Positions 57,169-64,000 of a stretch of 64,000 bases of DNA are shown here, piece after piece. Position 1 is the first letter of the stretch. Every line of letters starts with the position of its first letter. The translations under genes were made by a program, and so were the position numbers. Origin of the DNA: Oscillospiraceae bacterium (lineage in GTDB: Bacteria; Bacillota; Clostridia; Oscillospirales; Ruminococcaceae); NCBI GenBank assembly GCA_900770195.1, contig CAAGJI010000041.1:43719-107718 (forward strand), given 5' to 3'. The notes under the pieces are model-generated. The model was not told where the DNA came from, made no database searches, and worked only from the letters and a program-made list of their open reading frames with translations.

Positions 57169-59703
57169 TTATTCAACATGAGGAAGTGACTCATATGTAC
57201 CAACAATCAATTTAAGAATTGCAAGAGTATCATCTGAATTAACATCAAGTGCTGTTGCTGCCTTTACATAGTTGCAATCAGCTGCATATAAAGCTGAATC
57301 ATTGAGTGTAGCACTCTTTACAAGATACTTGTTAAGAAGTACAGCATCTGCAATAGTTACCTTACCATCAAGGTTTACATCACCATAAACGATGTCTGTA
57401 GGTCTCTTGAAAGGATTTTCAGCCGTTTCTGATGTTGCTTCGCTTGATTCGCTTGTTGAAGGTTCTGTTACTTCAGTAACTGTTGTGCTTTCAGTTGGTT
57501 CTGTAGCTTCTGTTGTTGAAGTTGTTGGTTCAGCTGTTGTTGCTTCTGTCGGATCTGTAGCTGTTTCTGTTTCAGTAGGATCTGTTCCGGCAGTTGTTGA
57601 TTCCTTGATATAAGCCTTTATGAGCTTGAGGTCAGATAAATCCTTTATTTCTTCCCATGAAGCATCAGCAGCATACCATTTCTGGAACTTACCTTCTTTA
57701 AGCTTCATAACCTCCTTGCCAAGTGCTTGAACTAATTCTGCATCTGCACCTGTTGGTGTTACCTTTGAATCCTTAACTGTAACTGTTTCACCGTTTGCAT
57801 CTGTATAAGTTACATTTGTTGGATTTGCAAGGTTAATTGTTGCTGTTGAAGTACCTGACTTCTTTGTTTCCCACTGGTAACCTACCCAGTAATCAACATC
57901 ATTATATTTAACATTGAAACATGCACCACCGCATGTATAACCCATATTTGAAGGTGTTTCTATATCAAGATAGAGTTTTTCACCCATTGGTTTACTGAAT
58001 GAGAATGCTGTTCCGTCATCTTCTTCAACAAGTTTAGCGTCAACGTCTTTTATTTCTGTTGGAGCTTCTGTTGGTTTTGATTCTGTTGGTTCTTTTGTTT
58101 CTGTAACAAATTCGCCATCGCCTGAATAAAGATTCTTTGGAAGTTCCTCTAAAGTAATGCAGTAGTCACTCTGATACATTTCTTTAAGGTCTTCTTTTCT
58201 GTTGAATATTTCATTGGAAACAAAATTAATGTTGTCGCTTCCGCCATCATACCATGGGCAGAAGTAAAGCCATGTTGCATGTTCTGTCTGAAGATTTGAA
58301 AGTGTTGAAATACAGTCACATTCTGCAAGTGCAACCATCTTGCTCTTATTTGTAAGATTTACAAGACTCCAATATGTTTTACCTGCTGCTGTATCGTCAT
58401 GTTCAAGTGATGCCTGCCAGTTGTTTTCAGCGAGATACTTTGTACAGCTGTACTTATCATATCCAACGAGGTCAACATATTCATCGCCAGGATACCAGTC
58501 ACCTGATGTTGCGTAGTCATAACCATTCCATTCCCAAATCAGGTTATGAATACCATAATCTTCTGTAAGAGTTTTATATGTAAGTTTCCAGAGTTCTTTA
58601 TAAACCTTAGAACCGCCAGTTCCCCACCAGAACCATGAGCCCTGTTCACCGCCGCCGCCTTCAGCTTCGTGAAGAGGTCTGAATATAAGTGGAACACCTG
58701 CATCCTGAATCTTAAGAAGTGATTCTGAAAGCTTCTTGAGGCAAGCCATATAATATTCATTTTCTTTTGTTCCTTCAACAAGAACATTTTCTGTTTTAAA
58801 TGAACTTACTGTGCCTGTTTTAGTGCTGTTCCAGCCTTCATATGTAGCACTGCCCCAGTCAATCTTGTCACCAAGTTTGTAGCTGTCAAAATCTTTTGGA
58901 ACTGTAAGATGCCATGATGCTGTTGCAATACCTGCTGAACCGTACTGATTTGCACTTGTACACCACTTAATTATTCTGTCTGTTGTGCCATCTTCACTTC
59001 CATAAAGAATATTTGCTTCATTAAGGAAGTCAAAGCCTCTGATTGCAGGAGTTTCGCCTGATAAATTTCTGATATATTCAAATTCAGTTTCAAGGTCATG
59101 TGGACCATACTTATATATTTCCTGTTGACCTGAAATTGTATGTTTTCCGTAAACAGAAGCCATATAACTCATAAGAGATTTTGCTTCTTTTGTTGCCTTT
59201 GAGTCAGAAAGTGAAGCATTACCTGTTACTGTATCGTAAACCTTTGGTGCAACTTCAATATAGTCAAATTTTGTCCAACCCCATGAAGATGTTATTTTAA
59301 TCGTATTTTCACCTGCATTGAGTTTTACAGTTGTTGCAGTAAATGGTGTATATGTTCCTGTACCTTCTGAAAAAGACATACTTCCGCCTGAAACGTCATT
59401 AACATAGATATTATTCTGTTTTGCACCGCCAACACCTTCAGCAGCCATTATAATATCGTACATTCCTTCTTTTTCAACGCTTACTTTCATTGTGATAGTT
59501 CCATTGTCTTTCATATAAAGAACTGAACCACCACTTGCTGCTGAATCAGCTTCTTTTTCAACTTTTCCTGAAAAATCAGCATCTTCAAATTCATATCTTT
59601 TTGTTTCATCAGCTGAACTTGTAAATGATGTAAATGTCATACAACTGGCTGAAATGACCAATGCAGAAACCGCTGCAACTGATCTTCTAAAATTAAACTT
59701 CAT
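57169..59703 (-). CDS. Cellulosomal GH26 beta-mannanase with N-terminal CBM6/35-like module, Thr/Pro/Glu linker and type I dockerin
   Basis: Signal peptide. YEFEDADFSG ... FDYIEV carbohydrate-binding module. GH26 catalytic segments (IFRPLHEAEGG ... WFWWG). C-terminal dockerin (GDVNLDGKVTIADAVL ... NSDDTLAILK). RBS GGAGGG at the ATG at 59703. Confidence 0.85.
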   Translation of the reverse strand: MKFNFRRSVAAVSALVISASCMTFTSFTSSADETKRYEFEDADFSGKVEKEADSAASGGSVLYMKDNGTITMKVSVEKEGMYDIIMAAEGVGGAKQNNIYVNDVSGGSMSFSEGTGTYTPFTATTVKLNAGENTIKITSSWGWTKFDYIEVAPKVYDTVTGNASLSDSKATKEAKSLMSYMASVYGKHTISGQQEIYKYGPHDLETEFEYIRNLSGETPAIRGFDFLNEANILYGSEDGTTDRIIKWCTSANQYGSAGIATASWHLTVPKDFDSYKLGDKIDWGSATYEGWNSTKTGTVSSFKTENVLVEGTKENEYYMACLKKLSESLLKIQDAGVPLIFRPLHEAEGGGGEQGSWFWWGTGGSKVYKELWKLTYKTLTEDYGIHNLIWEWNGYDYATSGDWYPGDEYVDLVGYDKYSCTKYLAENNWQASLEHDDTAAGKTYWSLVNLTNKSKMVALAECDCISTLSNLQTEHATWLYFCPWYDGGSDNINFVSNEIFNRKEDLKEMYQSDYCITLEELPKNLYSGDGEFVTETKEPTESKPTEAPTEIKDVDAKLVEEDDGTAFSFSKPMGEKLYLDIETPSNMGYTCGGACFNVKYNDVDYWVGYQWETKKSGTSTATINLANPTNVTYTDANGETVTVKDSKVTPTGADAELVQALGKEVMKLKEGKFQKWYAADASWEEIKDLSDLKLIKAYIKESTTAGTDPTETETATDPTEATTAEPTTSTTEATEPTESTTVTEVTEPSTSESSEATSETAENPFKRPTDIVYGDVNLDGKVTIADAVLLNKYLVKSATLNDSALYAADCNYVKAATALDVNSDDTLAILKLIVGTYESLPHVE

Positions 59704-59740
59704 TTCAAAGCCCTCCATCTTAAGCTAATATTCCAATACC

Positions 59741-59772
59741 ATTATAATACCATATTTTTTGTATAAAGTCAA
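59741..59772 (-). promoter_or_regulatory. Candidate promoter for the GH26 gene
   Basis: On the minus strand: TTGACT, a 17-bp spacer, then TGG-TATTAT. Confidence 0.4.
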
Positions 59773-59861
59773 TAAAATTATTACATTTAACGAGTAAAAT
59801 TTTCGTATCGTTTTTTGTGCATTTTTCACAAATTAATCATTGTTTCCACAAATAAATCCGC

Positions 59862-59900
59862 TATAATAAAAGAAAATCCGCACACTGAAAAAGTGTGCGG
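59862..59900 (-). terminator. Terminator after the ABC permease genes
   Basis: Stem ccgcacac / gtgtgcgg. On the minus strand it is followed by ATTTTCTTTTATT. Confidence 0.5.
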
Positions 59901-59921
59901 AAATAATATATACAAGGAAAA

Positions 59922-60830
59922 TTATTCTTTTACACCACCGAGTGCAACACCGGCGATGATGAACTTTGAAAGTATAAGATAAATAATAACTATAGGTATA
60001 ATTGAAAGTGTGATTGCTAAGTAGTTTACACCATAGTCAACCTTCTGGTGGTTGTTCATAATTGCCTGAATCATCATAGGAATTGTCTTCCACTTTGACT
60101 TTGCAGACATAAGAATCATTGACTGTGTATAGTAGTTGTTCCAGTTCTGAACGAATGCGAAAATACCCTGAACGGCAATAGCTGGCTTCATCATTGGAAG
60201 TGAGATTGTGCAGAATGTTCTGAATTCATTACATCCATCAATTCTTGCTGCTTCAACGATTGAATAAGGGAAGTTAGACTTCATATATGATACCATAAAG
60301 AAGATAACTGCCGGGTTTGCAATTGCAGGAATGATAAGTGGAATATAAGAACCGCTTAAACCGATTTTTGTCATGAACTGAACAAAACCTGTTGATGTAA
60401 CCTGAATAGGAATCATCATAACTGCAAGGATAAATGCATACGCACCGCTTCTTGCTCTGTACTGGTAAACAGTAAGACCATAAGCTGTCATTGCTGAGAA
60501 GAACGTTGTTAAAATTGTTGTTGATGCAGCAATGATAAGTGAGTTTCTGTAACCAAGTAATGCATTGAACTGAATTTTATAGTCAGTAACAGTTGTGAGC
60601 TTTTTGAAATTATCGCCAAGAGCAGAACCAGGTATGAAAGAAATACCTGCGGTACTGATAGCTGCTGATTCACGAGTTGCATTAAGTATCATAATAATGA
60701 TAGGAACAAGACAGATAAGTGTTAAAAGAACACAAACTGCAAATACAAGCCATGAACGAAGGGCTACTTTAAAATGATAGTTATCCTTGACTGTTTTCAT
60801 GCCAGGATCGCTTGAATATTTTATACTCAT
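59922..60830 (-). CDS. Carbohydrate ABC transporter permease (MalG-like)
   Basis: Six TM helices. EAA-like loop. RBS AAGGAGG. 1-nt overlap with the upstream permease gene. Confidence 0.85.
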   Translation of the reverse strand: MSIKYSSDPGMKTVKDNYHFKVALRSWLVFAVCVLLTLICLVPIIIMILNATRESAAISTAGISFIPGSALGDNFKKLTTVTDYKIQFNALLGYRNSLIIAASTTILTTFFSAMTAYGLTVYQYRARSGAYAFILAVMMIPIQVTSTGFVQFMTKIGLSGSYIPLIIPAIANPAVIFFMVSYMKSNFPYSIVEAARIDGCNEFRTFCTISLPMMKPAIAVQGIFAFVQNWNNYYTQSMILMSAKSKWKTIPMMIQAIMNNHQKVDYGVNYLAITLSIIPIVIIYLILSKFIIAGVALGGVKE

Positions 60831-61849
60831 TACATAGCCTCCTTCTTTGCTGCCTGAATTTCAGCAAGTCTCTTTCTTGCTTCCTTATTCTTCTTCTTTC
60901 TTGCAATCTCGTCCTTATCTCTGTTCATATAGAAGCAGAATGAACCAAGAACGGCTGTGATGAAGAAGAGGATAACAGATGCAGCTGCTGAGTAACCATA
61001 GTTAGCCTGTGAAGGTGCTGTATGGAAGTTTTCATAAACGAATACGGCAACTGTTCTAAGAGATTCTGTAACGTCAACTGTTTCGTGGAAGAGGTACGGA
61101 ATATCGAACATCTGTAAACCACCTATCATAGAAGTGATAAGTGTGTAAACCATAATAGGTCTTAAAAGAGGTAATGTAACCTTAAAGAACTGCTGTGTGC
61201 TTGAAGCACCATCGATGTCAGCTGCTTCAAAGAGTGACGGGTTGATACCCATAATACCTGACATAAGCATAATCATTGTGTTACCAAACCAGAGCCATGT
61301 CTGAATGAACATTGTAAGTCCTCTTGCCCAGACTGTGTTAGTAACAAATTTAATAGGGCTTGAAATAAGTCCTGCACCTATAAGAAGTGAGTTGACAGCA
61401 CCATACTTTGTATCACCGAAAAGTGAAACATAAAGTGCAGCAACTGAAGCTGCTGTAATGATATTTGGAAGGTACATAACAACCTTGAAGAAGCCCTTGC
61501 CTCTGATTTTGAGCTTAGCATCTGTGAACCATGCTGCAAGAATCAAAGAAAGAAGAATCTGTGGTATGAAGTTACCAAACCAAAGAATAACCGTTGTAAC
61601 GATTGCTTTACTAAACTTCATCTGAATAGCTTTTTCCGCAAATCCGCCACCCATAAGGATAGCCTGGAAATTTGCCATTCCAACGAAGTCTGTCTGTGTT
61701 TTTCCGTTTCCGTAGAATGCCAAGATAAATGTGTTAATCAGAGGCCATAACTGGAAGAAACAGTATACGAGAAAGAACGGCGCAATGAACATATAGCCAT
61801 ATTTAGCATAGCTGATAGATTTAATGCGTTTTTGTGCCGCTGATGCCAT
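60830..61849 (-). CDS. Carbohydrate ABC transporter permease (MalF-like)
   Basis: EAADIDGASSTQQFFKVTLP EAA motif. The start is the ATG at 61849 with an AGGTGG RBS. Confidence 0.85.
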   Translation of the reverse strand: MASAAQKRIKSISYAKYGYMFIAPFFLVYCFFQLWPLINTFILAFYGNGKTQTDFVGMANFQAILMGGGFAEKAIQMKFSKAIVTTVILWFGNFIPQILLSLILAAWFTDAKLKIRGKGFFKVVMYLPNIITAASVAALYVSLFGDTKYGAVNSLLIGAGLISSPIKFVTNTVWARGLTMFIQTWLWFGNTMIMLMSGIMGINPSLFEAADIDGASSTQQFFKVTLPLLRPIMVYTLITSMIGGLQMFDIPYLFHETVDVTESLRTVAVFVYENFHTAPSQANYGYSAAASVILFFITAVLGSFCFYMNRDKDEIARKKKNKEARKRLAEIQAAKKEAM

Positions 61850-61993
61850 ATAATCCACCTCTCAAATTATTAAAATAAAATTGTAAGAAAAAAATTGTAA
61901 GTAATAAATCATAATACAGCCTATGAGGCATGCCCCATAGGCCATATATTTAAAACTGTTTAGTTGTATAACTATCTAAGATAACAATATGAA

Positions 61994-63466
61994 TTATTCA
62001 ACAGTAATATCTGATGCTGCTGCAGCGAGATCTGTCTTGAATGCGTTCATAATTGTATCCTTATCCTTGCCCCAGTTGTTTGTGATTGCATTGTTGAATG
62101 CATCCTTACATGTCTGGTCATACTTTGTAACTGTATCGCTAAGTGTGATACCGTCAGCAACTTCTGTAAGAACTGCGAACTGATTCTGACCGCCAAGTGC
62201 TGGGTTTGAATAGTCGCCTGATACAACTGTGCTCATAGCTTCCTTGTTGTTTACAAAGTCACCATATGTGTTAGCATAGTTTGTCATAGCGTCTGTATCA
62301 ACTGTGAAGTGCTTGATAAAGTCATGAGCAGCTGTAACGTTGTCACACTTAGGTGAAGCAACGAGCCATGTACCGCCCCAGAAGTAGTTGCAAGGACCTG
62401 TAACGATGTTCCACTTACCATATGTAGCACCTGAAGTACCGCCTGAAGCCTGTTCAAGCTGAGCATCTGAAGTGAGACACCATGTTGAGAAGAAGTAACC
62501 GAATGCACCGTCATCCTGACCTTCAGCAAACCATGCATCTGTCCACTGAGCTGTTTCGTCAACGTAACCATTGCTGATTGCATTTTCGATCATGTCGACG
62601 TAATCTTCACAGCCGTCTGTGTTAAGTGACATATCGTCGTTAACCCAAGTCTTGTTCATAGCTGTTGAATATGCCTGCCATACACCTGCTGCTGTAGCTG
62701 CCATTCTTGTCTTGCCGTCTGAAGCCTTCTTAACTTCTTCAGCTGTTGCCCAGAATGAATCCCAGTCAGAAATCTTAGCCTGCATATCTTCAGGTGACTT
62801 AACGCCGAGGTAGCTGTCTGCGAGGTCTGTTCTGTATACATAACCACCAGGAGCAGCCTGCCATGTAGCACCCATAAGTGTGCCATCTACTGTAGCTGTA
62901 TCAAGTGTGTACTGATAAGCGTTGCTGTAGTCAGCTGCGTTGAAACCAACTTCGCTAAGTGGTGCAGAATACTTTGAATCTGTGATGTATTCAAGAATCC
63001 AACCTGCTTCTGCACAGTAAAGGTCAACGTCTTCGCCGCCGTCGAAGTATGTTGTATACTGTTCCATAGCTTCTGTACCTGAAGTACCTACGAGCTGGTA
63101 AGCAATCTTAGTACCGTTAGCGTCTGCACCGCCTTCTTCATTTCCAACATAGTCCTTGAACATGTTAGCAAGGTCGTTTGTTGTCCATGTTACGATTGTG
63201 AGCTGGTCGCCGTCATCCTTGAGTGATGAATCAGCAGCTGTCCATGTGTCAGCAATGCCTTCGCCGTCAGCTGATGCGTCGCCGCCTTCGCTGCTTGAAT
63301 CTTCTGCTGCACCGTCTTCTGATGAAGAATCTTCTGAAGCTGCTTCTGTTGTAGCTTCTGTTGTATCTTCCTTCTTGTCGTCGCTGCTTGATCCGCATCC
63401 TACGAATGCTGTACAAGCAAGACCCATAGCTGCAACTAAAGCTAATGTCTTTTTAAGTTTGTTCAT
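61994..63466 (-). CDS. ABC transporter extracellular solute-binding lipoprotein (sugar)
   Basis: Lipobox AFVGC. Acidic Ser/Asp/Glu-rich linker, then an SBP fold. RBS AAGGAGG. Confidence 0.8.
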   Translation of the reverse strand: MNKLKKTLALVAAMGLACTAFVGCGSSSDDKKEDTTEATTEAASEDSSSEDGAAEDSSSEGGDASADGEGIADTWTAADSSLKDDGDQLTIVTWTTNDLANMFKDYVGNEEGGADANGTKIAYQLVGTSGTEAMEQYTTYFDGGEDVDLYCAEAGWILEYITDSKYSAPLSEVGFNAADYSNAYQYTLDTATVDGTLMGATWQAAPGGYVYRTDLADSYLGVKSPEDMQAKISDWDSFWATAEEVKKASDGKTRMAATAAGVWQAYSTAMNKTWVNDDMSLNTDGCEDYVDMIENAISNGYVDETAQWTDAWFAEGQDDGAFGYFFSTWCLTSDAQLEQASGGTSGATYGKWNIVTGPCNYFWGGTWLVASPKCDNVTAAHDFIKHFTVDTDAMTNYANTYGDFVNNKEAMSTVVSGDYSNPALGGQNQFAVLTEVADGITLSDTVTKYDQTCKDAFNNAITNNWGKDKDTIMNAFKTDLAAAASDITVE

Positions 63467-63637
63467 TGGTAATTTTCCTCCTTAAATATCTATACTATAT
63501 TTTTTGAAATATAATATATCATTAGAAAATATAAAATATGAATTTTACCGCCCTATACACGCGGTACGAAAAGCCCACAATTCCCTTCTGTATGCCTGTA
63601 CGACATAATCATGGCTTTGTGCACTTTTGGTAAGTAT

Positions 63638-63666
63638 AATATACAATATTTCCGCCTAAAAGTCAA
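63638..63666 (-). promoter_or_regulatory. Candidate promoter for the ABC transporter operon
   Basis: On the minus strand: TTGACT, a 17-bp spacer, then TATATT. It implies a ~170-nt leader. Confidence 0.35.
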
Positions 63667-63863
63667 GACTACAAATTATTATTTAATAGATTTTGGATAT
63701 AGCACACAATTTCAACAGCCATATTTTGTGTATTATCACAATATTTTCTTACTGTTTTGGCTATTTATTACAAATCCGTAACACGATATTTTTATATAAA
63801 TTTCATCTTGTTTGGCATAAGATACAAGACAACTATTATTTTTTTGATTTTTATTATATAAAA

Positions 63864-64000
63864 TTATTCCATGTTTTCATTTTCTACATATAAATATTTT
63901 TCTACTTCACAAAATAATGTTTTTGTCATACCGTCAGCGTATAAAATTTCGTAAATGTCACTGAAATGCCCTATTTCATCACGCAATTCCAGAATATTTT
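63864..64000 (-). CDS. 3-prime end of an unidentified gene running off the window
   Basis: About 45 stop-free codons on the minus strand ending in a TAA at 63864-63866 (...LYADGMTKTLFCEVEKYLYVENENME*). Confidence 0.3.
   Translation of the reverse strand, partial: NILELRDEIGHFSDIYEILYADGMTKTLFCEVEKYLYVENENME

Overview
This is a low-GC Firmicutes window, probably from a Ruminococcus-like cellulolytic clostridium, since three secreted proteins carry dockerin modules. There are about 60 protein genes, three tRNAs (a tandem pair of identical tRNA-Gln(CUG) and a tRNA-Leu(CAA)), and several clear sigma-A promoters and rho-independent terminators.

Housekeeping and accessory content, in order:
- 1-640: 3-prime fragment of a hybrid-cluster protein gene.
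- 690-5783: a LysR regulator, a four-subunit 2-oxoacid:ferredoxin oxidoreductase operon (porGDAB) and a PLP aminotransferase.
- 6352-7591: an HD-domain protein and a membrane protein.
- 7751-10140: a small protein plus an atypical P1B-type P-ATPase that has SCA in place of the CPC motif.
- 10456-21578: eno, then a long minus-strand block of coaBC, a Ca2+ P-type ATPase, a DUF4317-like protein, ribD, a class B PBP, dtd and a parvulin-like lipoprotein.
- 21605-22377: an Rrf2 regulator upstream of an apparently frameshifted cupin.
- 22568-27448: a dockerin-bearing SGNH esterase and an 898-aa dockerin protein of unknown function.
- 27536-32592: a complete extracytosolic flavinylation / electron-transfer cluster (ApbE/Ftp, NusG-II, Gx transporter, NapH-like polyferredoxin, one single and one quadruple FMN-binding domain protein).
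- 57169-63466: a GH26 mannanase with dockerin, plus a sugar ABC importer.

The main result is a compositionally distinct, very AT-rich block of about 24 kb at 32835-56703. It holds 19 tightly packed genes, all on the minus strand, driven by a consensus promoter. The block opens with a PAAR-like (DUF4280)-AHH nuclease polymorphic toxin and a putative immunity gene. Next come a large unknown protein, an Hcp-like protein and a VgrG-like spike, which together look like a contractile-injection / T6SS-like delivery module. Then come five highly divergent Hsp70-superfamily ATPases (one fused to a vWA/MIDAS domain), interleaved with at least four coiled-coil proteins. I do not recognise this combination as a described system. 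The summary therefore rests on motif-level reading of the sequence, and the weaker calls are marked with low confidence.
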